A DNA stretch of 64,000 bases from an uncultured archaeon. Lineage in GTDB: Archaea; Thermoproteota; Nitrososphaeria; Nitrososphaerales; Gagatemarchaeaceae. Under the pieces are notes generated by a model. The model was not told the DNA's origin, did no database searches, and was given only the letters and a program-made list of their open reading frames with translations. Made by a program: the position numbers and the translations under genes. The stretch lies in the NCBI GenBank assembly GCA_963799775.1, contig CAWCYD010000003.1, positions 1,088,001 through 1,152,000 of the forward strand. The letters are read 5' to 3'. Every line of letters starts with the position of its first letter. The stretch's first letter is position 1. Positions 31,029 to 39,990 of this stretch are shown here, one piece after another.

Positions 31029-32100
31029 GGGCTTGCGAGTTCAGGCAGTTATGCAAGGCAGAAACCTCGCCTTGCATCCATGCCTGGAATGTGAGGCCCG
31101 GAGGCTGTAGCGTCTCCGATACGAAGGTGATAGGAATCTCGTACTGAGTGGCCTCCACCTTCAGCTGTTGGGTGATGGGCGTGAGGGTCTGGACATTGTA
31201 GACCATGCAGGCGATCGTTTGGTTCCCTTGGGTCAGCTGGTTCTCGAACGTCGCGACGTCCTGGGGAGATGGGTCGTTGCCTTCAGCTATGGCCTTCATG
31301 AACGGTTGCGGGGTGATGATGTTCAGACCGGTCGCGTTTGCCAAGAAGATGACTATGCTCTCTGTGGCTTCTATGGTCGTTCCATTCTTGGCCGTGCCAT
31401 CCCCATAGGGAGTACCACCCCACTGTGCCTTGATCTGCTCCTCCTGCGCCATGTAGTCATGATAGAGCGAGTAGTTCAGGCTGGCGTAGTTCGACTGGAA
31501 ATAGGCGTCATCGGTGGGATTGGAATCGATTTTCACGAGCGTTTTGTACATTGCGTGGACGGTATCATTTACGTAGAAGGGGCTGTACCAAAGGTGAGGA
31601 TTTATCGTCGAGGTCACCCCGTTTATCGTCTGCTGCTGGTCGGGCGTCTTGATGCCCACGACTTGTTGGGCGTTTAGTACGATCTGTCCAGAAGTGTTGC
31701 TAGCGTTGATGAGCAGCTGCGCCCACGTGTCGTAATTCATACCATTGATGATGACAAGCTGAGCGTTGGCTATGGCCTTCGCGTCCGCTGGATTGCTTTG
31801 GTACTCGTGGGGATCCGTGTTAGGGTCTGAGACTACGCTGGTGACATTAGCGTGAACACCCGCCAGCTGGCTTACCAAGTCGCCCCAAAAGTTCTCAGCC
31901 GCAACTATGTTGATTACGGTCTTGGAGCCTGTGCTTGCCGAACTAGACCCACTGCCAACGGTTACTGTCGATGTCGCTGTCGACGTCACGGTCGAGCCCC
32001 TGGTCAAGTAAAGGCCTGCCCCTACGGCGATTACCAGGATTACTAAGACTCCTACGGCCGGTAAAAGAAGCTTGTTTCCCGCTGGTTTGGATGTTTCCAT
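31018..32100 (-). CDS. Zn/Mn ABC substrate-binding protein (ZnuA/TroA-like)
   Basis: VAAENFWG, DPHEYQ, NGMNYD, NPHLWY; N-terminal anchor. Confidence 0.92.
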   Translation of the reverse strand: METSKPAGNKLLLPAVGVLVILVIAVGAGLYLTRGSTVTSTATSTVTVGSGSSSASTGSKTVINIVAAENFWGDLVSQLAGVHANVTSVVSDPNTDPHEYQSNPADAKAIANAQLVIINGMNYDTWAQLLINASNTSGQIVLNAQQVVGIKTPDQQQTINGVTSTINPHLWYSPFYVNDTVHAMYKTLVKIDSNPTDDAYFQSNYASLNYSLYHDYMAQEEQIKAQWGGTPYGDGTAKNGTTIEATESIVIFLANATGLNIITPQPFMKAIAEGNDPSPQDVATFENQLTQGNQTIACMVYNVQTLTPITQQLKVEATQYEIPITFVSETLQPPGLTFQAWMQGEVSALHNCLNSQALGG

Positions 32101-32330
32101 CTTCGTTTCGCTAGGCCCTTGTATGGCGAGCTGGGTTATTAAGTATTACCAGTTTCTAAATAACATCAATATGTGCTTCAGATAATAGTTCTGGTATTAC
32201 TAATCATGAATCTCTCGGAGCTATTAATCGTGTTGCGCACAATTGCCGATTCGGAGGGGTACCTCAAACGGAGTAACGCTAGGCGGATCGGTTGCAAGAT
32301 CCGCAGTCGTGGCACCCCGAGGAAAAGGCT

Positions 32331-32441
32331 TCAGCCCGTCATGAGATAGAACGCGACTGCCATCACCACGACCGCCACCCCCACGATTATCGCCGCCCAC
32401 ATGTGGTAGCGACTGGTCGTCTCGCTCGGCACGTTTGCCAT
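32331..32441 (-). CDS. 36-aa single-TM micro-protein
   Basis: MANVPSETTSRYHMWAAIIVGVAVVVMAVAFYLMTG, with an AT-rich TATA-like region directly upstream (32461-32493). Confidence 0.5.
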   Translation of the reverse strand: MANVPSETTSRYHMWAAIIVGVAVVVMAVAFYLMTG

Positions 32442-32554
32442 GAGACCCAAAGGGGCTCGTGATATTAATAAATATTTGGCCAAAAGTATTAACATTGGTT
32501 GCCTGACGAACGACTTTCTAACAAGGCAAAGCGCGCGAGGCTCGCGTTGTCGGT

Positions 32555-32938
32555 CTAGATTGGTATCAGCTTCGTGCTCTTCATCTTGTCCTCCGCCTGG
32601 AAGGACTTGGTCATGGAATTTACCTTCTTGGCGTCCCCCTGGACGACGAAGAGCTCGATGCACATGGAAGTCTTCGTCTTGTTATGGACGTGAGTCGTGA
32701 TTATGTCCTCGTACTGGTGCTTAAGTTTGGTCACGGGGGCTTCCTGCTCCTCATCATGAGTCACGATCAGCAGTCCATTCATGTCCCCTGTAGCAGTGGC
32801 CCTCTCTCTCGAGTCCTCGAGCAGCATACGGATGGCGGCTCGGACGAGCTCCGACCTTCCGGTGAACCCTGAATGCTTCTGGACCTCGTCCATCTCCTTC
32901 AGCATTGTCTCAGGGAACGATAGGCTGACAACGGTCAT
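32555..32938 (-). CDS. NikR/CopG-family ribbon-helix-helix metal-responsive regulator
   Basis: VVSLSFP..L.EMD...GFTGRSELVRAAIR and ACT-type C-terminus KHQYED..THVH...CIELFVVQGD. Confidence 0.88.
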   Translation of the reverse strand: MTVVSLSFPETMLKEMDEVQKHSGFTGRSELVRAAIRMLLEDSRERATATGDMNGLLIVTHDEEQEAPVTKLKHQYEDIITTHVHNKTKTSMCIELFVVQGDAKKVNSMTKSFQAEDKMKSTKLIPI

Positions 32939-32981
32939 TCTCGGTCTACGGGTCGGAGGGTGACGGCGATATTTAACTTAT

Positions 32982-32996
32982 GTTATTGTTAATAAC
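32982..32996. promoter_or_regulatory. Inverted repeat GTTATT-N3-AATAAC upstream of the NikR-like gene (putative operator)
   Basis: Perfect 6-bp inverted repeat next to a TATA-like atttaa; related GTTATTAA half-sites lie upstream of the ZIP and ZnuA-like genes. Confidence 0.4.
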
Positions 32997-33074
32997 GGCG
33001 GCATCAGGTAAGAAGCCCCGGGTCTCAAGTTCATTAACACCTAGCGTGCTGGAGAGGCGCAGGCGGATTCCATC

Positions 33075-33855
33075 TTGAGGAGCAGGAAGGGAGCGGAATC
33101 AGGTGTGCCGGGAGGCGCGAGGCGCATATCCGAGCGGGTGATCTTGGGCGTGCGGACGTGGGGGTGGCGCGCGGCGCTTCTTGCTTCGCTTGCATGTGTG
33201 GCAGCGGCAGTCTACTTCTACGCGCGCTTCCTCGCGGCTCCCCAGTCCCAGCACATATTCGGGGAATATTTCGGGTTGCGGAGCAGCGGCGACTCGTTTG
33301 TGGAGTATGCCATGTTCTGGCTCCTGACCGGATCATGGATGCGAGTCTTCAGCGTGAGAGTTGCCCTGGCGACTGCCATGGCTGTGCCCGTGTTGGTCCT
33401 CAATGTCGCGTTCGCATGGAGTAGCGGTGTATTGGGATACGTCCTCCTGCTCGTCCCAAAGTGGCTGCCCCAGTTCATCTTCATCGACTACCTGAGCTTG
33501 GTCCAGTTCCCCGCTACCGGAAGGGACCCTGGATTTCTACTACCTGGCGTGGCTCGCGGCACTCTTACTTCTCTCGATCGGATTCTTCAGATCAGGACTG
33601 GTTGGGAGGCTGGTCCGCTCGCTTGAGTTTACCACCGTAGTCGTCATGGCGCTGCCTGTCGAAGTCTTTCTCTTTGATAGACATGAGTTCGGCCTACACG
33701 TCATGGACGCCCAGGTCGGGACGTCCGTACTCTGGTTCTCCAACGCCGACCTGTTGGCCGTCCTAGCGCTCGCGCTAGCGCTTCTGGGCCTTGTTCACGG
33801 GTTCGTGCTCAGAGAGATGGTCATCAGAAGGCAGCGCCTGATTCATGGAGAGTAG
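33075..33855 (+). CDS. Multi-pass membrane hypothetical protein (frameshift near 33536)
   Basis: ORF 33075..33626 and the frame of 33646..33855 join into a continuous hydrophobic protein. Confidence 0.55.
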
Positions 33856-33860
33856 TTGAG

Positions 33861-33979
33861 CGGGCCCGGTGGGATTTGAACCCACGACATGCTGGTTAAG
33901 AGCCAGCCGCTCCAGGAACCTTAGCTCTCTGACCTGGTTTCCCGACTCGGTTGAGACGGAGTCTCTGAGCCACGGGCCC
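33861..33979 (-). tRNA. tRNA-Lys(CTT) with two D-arm introns
   Basis: Acceptor GGGCCCG/CGGGCCC, anticodon arm GCTGG-CTCTTAA-CCAGC, T arm GTGGG-TTCAAAT-CCCAC. Removing 33964-33938 (27 nt) and 33926-33910 (17 nt) yields a canonical 75-nt tRNA with D-arm GCTC-AGCCAGGTCA-GAGC. Confidence 0.92.
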
Positions 33980-34073
33980 GCGAGCAGGCCGACCAGTGTC
34001 TCGGATATTTACTTTGCACCGCGAGGGTGGACCCGTTATTAGTGGGCAGACGGCGGCCACAGGCGAAACAACC

Positions 34074-35115
34074 ATGGGAGAACTGATCTTCGTCGGGCTC
34101 GGGTTGGGCGACAAGGGCGTGAGCTTGGCCGGAGTGGACGCGATAAAGGCCTCCGACCTCGCCTACTTCGAACGCTACAGTTCGCCCCCCTCGGCGACGC
34201 TCCTCTCTGACCTGGAAGCTGCGACGGGGAGGAAGCTCGTGATGGTCGGCAGGGAGTTCGTTGAGGACGGGCGAGAGATACTCGAGAAAGCCATGCACCT
34301 CCAAGGTGGCGGTCGCGGTCCAGGGCGACCCGATGATAGCGACTACCCACAGCGACCTGCGTGTCAGGGCCGAGTCGAGAGGGATAGCGACGAAGGTGAT
34401 ACACGGCGCGACCATCCCCGCCGCGGCGGCGAGCGCCAGCGGGCTCCATTTCTACAAGTTCGGCGGGACCATCACTTTCACTCTGGAGAGCTCGTCCCAC
34501 CACCAGGACGTCTACCAGCGGCTCCACCGAAACCTGCTCGAGGGCCAGCACACGCTGCTCCTGCTGGAGTACGACGTGGAGGGGGACCGCGGAGTCAGCC
34601 CAGGCTTCGTCTTCGAGAGGCTGCTGGCCGCGGAGGAGAACTTCAAGCGCGAAATCCTATCGGAGAAGACCCTGGCGATCGTGCTCGGGCGGATAGGGAT
34701 GAAGGATGAGAGGGTGGTTGCGGGCTCGATCGAGAGGCTCAGGGCCATGGCCTTCGGAGCTCCTCCGCACTGTGTCATCATCCCCGGGCGGCTTCACTTC
34801 ACCGAGGAGGAGGCGCTGGTGACAATCCTGAAGGTGGACAAGCAGGAACTGGTCGACAACTCTAGCGGCGTCAAGCGGACGGCTCAGGTGCTGGTCCCTC
34901 GCTACGTTGAAAAGGCGAAGAGGGCGCTCGAGGAGGCCAGACGGGGTTTGAACGGCAAGCACAAGGAGCTGCTCGAGAACGCAGAGCTCTACCTCAAGGA
35001 CTCGGAGCGGTTCCTCTCGAGCAACGAGGACGAGCTCGCCATGCTGAGCATCGGCTATGCCGAGGGGCTGGTGGACGCTCTGTCCTTCACTGGCGAGGTC
35101 AAGCTCCATTGGTGA
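34074..35115 (+). CDS. dph5: Diphthine synthase with C-terminal DUF357-like domain (frameshift near 34300)
   Basis: LIFVGLGLG, GDPMIATTHSDL, SGLHFYKFG, HTLLLLE, PPHCVIIPGRLHFTEEE; tail AELYLKDSERFL..LSIGYAEGLVDAL. Confidence 0.9.
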
Positions 35116-35747
35116 CCCGGGTCAGACCTCGCACTACAGACACTCGGAAAGAGGTTCTTGAGGTATTGAGGGAGGCTTACGTCGAGAGCATCAGGGATGG
35201 CAAATCGACCATGAGGGGCATCGTTGACAGTCTGGACATGCCAGCTGCCACAGTGAGGACGGCCCTCAGGGAAGCTGGAGAGCAGAAGCTCGTCACGGTG
35301 ACGAACGGGCAAGTCGAGCTGGCACCGGACGGAAGGCGCCGCCTGAAGGTGGTGATGCTCGGAGGGGCCTTCGAGATAATCCACCCCGGGCACATCAACG
35401 CCCTCACCGAGGCGACGACGCTCGGGAACACATTGGTGGTCGTCGTGGCCACCGACGAGAGCGTGGAGAAGAACAAGGGCAGGCCGCCTGTGACCAACCA
35501 GGCATCGAGGGTGCGGCTTGTCTCGTCCCTAAGGCAGGTAGACCTCGCGCTCCCAGGCAACAAGGGGAGCATCTTCGACATACTCGTCAAGATAAGGCCG
35601 GACGTGGTCGCGCTTGGATACGACCAGAATCACAACGGGGATGAGATAGTCGGAGAGGCGGCAAGGAGGGGAGTCTCGACGACCGTCGCGAGGCTGGGGG
35701 CGCAGATCCCCCACGTGAAGACCTCGAAGATCCTCTCTTCGATGTGA
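35109..35747 (+). CDS. ribL: FAD synthetase (cytidylyltransferase family) with N-terminal winged helix
   Basis: GGAFEIIHPGH, VVVVATD, IRPDVVALGYDQ, KTSKI; adjacent to riboflavin kinase. Confidence 0.8.
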   Translation: MVTRVRPRTTDTRKEVLEVLREAYVESIRDGKSTMRGIVDSLDMPAATVRTALREAGEQKLVTVTNGQVELAPDGRRRLKVVMLGGAFEIIHPGHINALTEATTLGNTLVVVVATDESVEKNKGRPPVTNQASRVRLVSSLRQVDLALPGNKGSIFDILVKIRPDVVALGYDQNHNGDEIVGEAARRGVSTTVARLGAQIPHVKTSKILSSM

Positions 35748-35754
35748 GGCCTTC

Positions 35755-36442
35755 TCAGCCCACGGAGACGCTGATCTCTACCGGGTCGCCGTTCTTCAGG
35801 CCCAACGACCCTCGGAGGTAGTGCGGGGAGATGACCTCGAGCACGCTGTCGTCGTAATGAGTCCTGTCTATCACGAGGACCGCGGCGTCCAGGCCCTGCT
35901 TTCCGACCTTTGCCAGGTAGCACCTTGCGCCTCCGTAGGCCCTTCCTCCGCTCTCGAAACCGTCTATCCTGATCCCGTCGAACGACCGGAGCTGCTTCTT
36001 CTGCTCCGTCTCGAGGTTGCCTTCGAGCCTGACGTTGAGCGTCCCCGGATAGGGGTCGAACCCAAGGGCCTTCTTGAACTGCGTCTTGTACCCCTCGAGC
36101 CCCACGTAGTAGGCCCCCTCCCCCAGGCCCTGGAAGACCTTCCCTGCGAACTTCATCTCGTGCCGGGGCTTGTCGTCCAGCGCCACCTTCAGGCCTGAAT
36201 AATAGGCCCAGGACTACGTCCTCCCCGTTGCCGGTGAGGCGGACGGCGAACTTTGCGCCGGACCGTCTCCGCTCGACGTAGCCGAGGGACTCTAGCTCCT
36301 GAAGGTGTCTCGATGCCGCCTGCTGGCTCTGGCCTAGCTTCTCCGCCAACTGGTCGCTTGAGAGCGTCACGAAACCGATGTGAGCCTTCAGCTTCACCAG
36401 CTCCACGAGCGTGGGGATGAGGACTGGCTTGATCTTGTCCAT
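35755..36442 (-). CDS. ribK: CTP-dependent riboflavin kinase with N-terminal HTH (frameshift near 36195)
   Basis: SQQAASRHLQELE HTH; GLGEGAYYV, GFDPYPGTLNV, RTHYDDSVLEVISPHYLR. Confidence 0.9.
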
Positions 36443-36550
36443 CTCTTTGAGTGGCTGGCGGCGCCGCGGGTCGGATATAAGTCAGTCCGAGAAGACGGGC
36501 GATTCGCATCTCATTTTAATAGCCTAGACCTGCGCGGGAGTAATCCAATA

Positions 36551-37281
36551 ATGCCATCCCCCGGCGCAGAGATCATGCTCTCCCAAGAGCAGGCGGTGAT
36601 CCGCCGCGGCCCCGGAGTGCGCAAGGAGGTCGAGAGCGCGTTCGGCCTCGGAGGCGAGACGGAGGGGACCCTCGTCCTCACCGACAGACGACTGGTCTAC
36701 GTCCATTCTAACGAGAAGGAAGAGTGAACCTGCCGCTGGGAGCATTCAGCGTGAAGCGTCTATACTTCGCAGACGTCGACGACCTTGACTCGATGACGCT
36801 CGACTCGGCGAGCATGGAGATCCCCATCCCTGCGATAAGCAAAATCAAGGGACATCGTGGGGAGGCGACAGACCCCAAGCTCGAGGTGCAGTGGAAGGAC
36901 CAGACGGGCGCGACCCAATCGACCGAGTTCGTCCAGCAAATCACAGGGAGCTCGAGGCGAAGGAATCTGAACGACTGGGCGAAGGTGATAGAGAAGCTGA
37001 AGGCAGGGACGCTGAAGATAGCTCCGCTTCCTTCGGCACCCGGGACAGACACTCTGGAAGGAAAGGCGCTCGAGGTCTTGGGCGATATGCAAGAGAAGGG
37101 ACCGCTGACCATAGAAGAGGAGGTCGAGGAGAAGTACAAGCTGGACCTCGATCCAGACGAGGTCGAGCAGGCCTGTGAGAAGCTGGCAGCTGCAGGCCTT
37201 GTGACGAAGACAGTCGTGAAGGGCGAGGACACCTACTACAGAAAGGCGTCATCTCTCGGCGATGAAGACCTGAACGCCTAG
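36551..37281 (+). CDS. Hypothetical protein with PH/GRAM-like N-domain and C-terminal winged helix (frameshift near 36722)
   Basis: EGTLVLTDRRLVYV ... IPIPAISKIK (PH-like); C-terminal LDPDEVEQACEKLAAAGLV (wHTH-like). Confidence 0.6.
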
Positions 37282-37282
37282 G

Positions 37283-37939
37283 CTATCTGGAACTTCTCGA
37301 GCGCGTCGTCTTCTTCTTTTCCAGCGAGTTCTGGAGGCTCTGCATCGAGGAGACCATCGTCGACCTCCTCGCCTCTTGCGCCATCACGCCGCGGGCGTCC
37401 TCTGTGAGCATCCTGGCCACGTCGATCTTCCTGCGCACCCCGTTCGCCACGTGGTCGAAGGCGGCGAACGGCGAGAGCTCGGAGTAGAGGCTCTCCATGA
37501 GCTGAAAGTAGCGCCCCGCCTTGTCGATCTCCGACCTCATCACCGAGTCCAGGAGCAGCCTCTTGACCTCGCCTACTGCGTCGAGGAGGCCCATGATGTA
37601 GCCCTCTCCTGAGACGCCGAGCTCCTTCGCCCCTGGGATGGGGCGCCCTAGGACTATTGCCTCGACTGCAGAGGCCTCGACGAACTCTGCCTCAGGCGAG
37701 GGCATGTACCTGGACAGAGGCCCGTTCCCCGCCTCCTTCCGCAGGTCCTTCAGGACGTTGCCCGCCGCCCTGATCTCTTCCTGTGCCTCCTCGAGCTTCC
37801 CCGTGTGGATGTGGATTATCGCCTTTGAGCAGAGCGAGATCGAGTCCCTCGAGGTCTTCAGGATCTTCTCCCTCCTTCCTAGAACCTGCTGCATGCCTTT
37901 CTCGATACCTTTGAGAGACTCCTGCACTTCGCGCTCCAA
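37283..37939 (-). CDS. Translin-family protein
   Basis: REKILKTSRD, EFVEA, YIMGLLDAVGEVKR, RRKIDVAR. Confidence 0.88.
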   Translation of the reverse strand: MEREVQESLKGIEKGMQQVLGRREKILKTSRDSISLCSKAIIHIHTGKLEEAQEEIRAAGNVLKDLRKEAGNGPLSRYMPSPEAEFVEASAVEAIVLGRPIPGAKELGVSGEGYIMGLLDAVGEVKRLLLDSVMRSEIDKAGRYFQLMESLYSELSPFAAFDHVANGVRRKIDVARMLTEDARGVMAQEARRSTMVSSMQSLQNSLEKKKTTRSRSSR

Positions 37940-37962
37940 TATCCGAACAGGTTAGCGGGAAC

Positions 37963-38547
37963 GTGGGTGGAGATAAGCATGGCCCTCATTTTGCGCCCTG
38001 GCCTTCATTGGTAAAGAAAGTCGTCAAGGGAAGAACCATCTTTTGCAAATTGTGCGGTAACAGGTTCACTGCCAGTGGATGGGGGGCTTGGGCGCGCAGG
38101 TATTGCTCTGCCGAATTCAAGACACATGTGAACGCGGCTATGCATGCAAGATATGTATCAAGGAACAAGGAACACGTCAGCATCTACATCAAGGAAAGAA
38201 GGCTGAGAATCTGGGGAAAGTCGAGTCGGCAAATAGCCAAGGAAGCTGAGACATTCGCGATAGCGAAGATTCTGCCCCGATTGGGCTTCTGCGAAATCAA
38301 TCATCTCTCGGCCATTAACAAGTTTTTCCCGTTCGATATAGTAGCGACTTTGAACGGAGAAAGGGTCTTTATCGAGGTTACCACGACTTGGTCTAAAGTG
38401 ATAAGACGACAGCGAGCAATAGCTGATGCCCTCAGAATGAGGGTTTTCATTCTGTTTATCAAGCCGGGTTTGGCGTCCTACCATATCACGCCGGCCGAAT
38501 CCGATTTTGTAAGTCTGAGATTGAGCGAGCTTAGAAAAGTTGCCTAA
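37963..38547 (+). CDS. Low-GC PD-(D/E)xK-type endonuclease-like protein with N-terminal Cys motif
   Basis: CKLC...RYCS; EAE...PFDIVATLNGERVFIEVTT nuclease motif; codon usage visibly more AT-rich than the flanking genes. Confidence 0.6.
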   Translation: MGGDKHGPHFAPWPSLVKKVVKGRTIFCKLCGNRFTASGWGAWARRYCSAEFKTHVNAAMHARYVSRNKEHVSIYIKERRLRIWGKSSRQIAKEAETFAIAKILPRLGFCEINHLSAINKFFPFDIVATLNGERVFIEVTTTWSKVIRRQRAIADALRMRVFILFIKPGLASYHITPAESDFVSLRLSELRKVA

Positions 38548-38836
38548 CCGCCAATACGTTCGAGGAAGATCTAAGGAATACCGGGCCATGGAGCTCTTGA
38601 GGAAGGACGGGTGGGTCGTGGGAAGGAGCGCTGGCTCTCACAGCCCCGTAGACATCTTCGCCGCGAAGTTGGGCATCACGCTCCTCGTCCAGGTGAAGAA
38701 CGGGACGGCGCGGCTAAAGGCGGAGGAAGCCAAGGAATTGGTTAAATGGGCAGAAGCCTTCAATGCGGATGCAGAGATTTGGCACTTCAAAGGACGGGGC
38801 AACCTGGAGAGAAGGCGCCTGCGGGCGCGGAAGTGA
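38540..38836 (+). CDS. hjc: Holliday junction resolvase Hjc-like
   Basis: GRSKEYRAMELLRKDGWVVGRSAGSHSPVDIFA...LVQVK. Confidence 0.75.
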   Translation: MPNRQYVRGRSKEYRAMELLRKDGWVVGRSAGSHSPVDIFAAKLGITLLVQVKNGTARLKAEEAKELVKWAEAFNADAEIWHFKGRGNLERRRLRARK

Positions 38837-38848
38837 GGTGAGCAGCCC

Positions 38849-38998
38849 TTGGAGCTAAAGTGCTACTTTTGTGACGCCGACCTGAAGAAAGACGTAAAGC
38901 CGTACAAGATAGGCTCGAAGGAGGAGTCCATCTGCCTGTCCTGCTACACGAAGATGGTCAACAGGCGGGCGGCTCTCGGCCAGGAAAAATCGAAGTAG
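38849..38998 (+). CDS. 49-aa C4 zinc-finger micro-protein (not in the ORF track)
   Basis: TTG start after SD-like GAGGTGA; MELKCYFCDADLKKDVKPYKIGSKEESICLSCYTKMVNRRAALGQEKSK. Confidence 0.7.
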   Translation: MELKCYFCDADLKKDVKPYKIGSKEESICLSCYTKMVNRRAALGQEKSK

Positions 38999-39008
38999 CG
39001 AAAGTCCG

Positions 39009-39362
39009 TCAGGATGCTGCGAAGCATCGGTTCAGCTGCGTTATCACTGAAGAGCAGAGCTCGACTTTTTCTTCGTCGTCGCACATGGTGTAGTAGGCCC
39101 GCGCCTTCTCGTATTGCGGGAGCGCGCGGATGGCGTTGGCAAAGTCGCTGCTCGTCTCCCCCAGCGAGAGGAGGCCCGTCATCTCATACCACTCTGCGGC
39201 GCTGGCGTACTCGCCGAGGGCCTCGAAGCAGTCGGCGATCCACTTGCAGAGGTTGACCCTCTGCTCCGGCGACTGGAGCTTGCCGAACTCTTCCTTCAAG
39301 AGGATCACGGCCACGTCTCTGTTCCCCATCTTGGCCATGTCAATGACCTCTGAGAAATCCAT
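39009..39362 (-). CDS. Small TPR/SNAP-like helical-repeat protein
   Basis: WIADCFEALGEYASAAEWYE...ALPQYEKARAYY pattern. Confidence 0.55.
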   Translation of the reverse strand: MDFSEVIDMAKMGNRDVAVILLKEEFGKLQSPEQRVNLCKWIADCFEALGEYASAAEWYEMTGLLSLGETSSDFANAIRALPQYEKARAYYTMCDDEEKVELCSSVITQLNRCFAAS

Positions 39363-39424
39363 CTTGGAGCAGTGTCTCGCATCAGTGTTAATTCGTGGGA
39401 ACTCTATATTCTTTGAACTTCTTA

Positions 39425-39943
39425 TCAAACCGTTTTCCTCGTTCGTCGAGACTGCATCTTCTCACGCAGCTTCCTTCTCTCCAGCGCCTCGCGGAACCTC
39501 CTCTTCTCGTCGGAGGTGACCGGGATGAGCGGCTCCACGGGGCTTGGCCTCCCGTTCCCGTCCAGCGCCACGAAAGTCAGGTAGCAGGAGCCTGTGTGGG
39601 CCGTCGTCCCTGTGAGCGGGTCTTCAGCCTCTATCCTCACACCCACCTCCATCGACGTCTTCCCCACGAAGTTCACGGCCGCCTTGAGGATGAGGAGGTT
39701 GCCGACGTAGACAGGGGCATAGAAGTCCATCCTGTCTATCGAGGCGGTCACCACGTTCTTCCTCGCGTGATGGAAGGCCACGATTCCTGCGACTTCGTCC
39801 ATGTACCTCATTATCGCACCGCCGAAGACGTTCCCCAAGATGTTGCCGTCCGTGGGCATCATCAGCCTCACGGTGGTCATCTGGGAGACAGATGCCTTCC
39901 TCCCTGCTCCTGGACTGCGGCTCAAGTCTGTTCGAGGCCTCAC
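39425..39943 (-). CDS. Acyl-CoA thioesterase (hotdog, YciA-like)
   Basis: MMPTDGNILGNVFGGAIMRYMDE, VTASID, GKTSMEVGV, TFVALD. Confidence 0.92.
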   Translation of the reverse strand: MRPRTDLSRSPGAGRKASVSQMTTVRLMMPTDGNILGNVFGGAIMRYMDEVAGIVAFHHARKNVVTASIDRMDFYAPVYVGNLLILKAAVNFVGKTSMEVGVRIEAEDPLTGTTAHTGSCYLTFVALDGNGRPSPVEPLIPVTSDEKRRFREALERRKLREKMQSRRTRKTV

Positions 39944-39990
39944 AGGCCCGAGATGGTTGATAAAGCTGGCCCGAAGCTGGGCAGTCCAGG

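Noticed and set aside
35109-36442. HTH fusions on RibK and RibL as a novelty
   Set aside because: HTH-RibK regulators are established in archaea, and the RibL N-terminal extension alone gives too little to claim something new.
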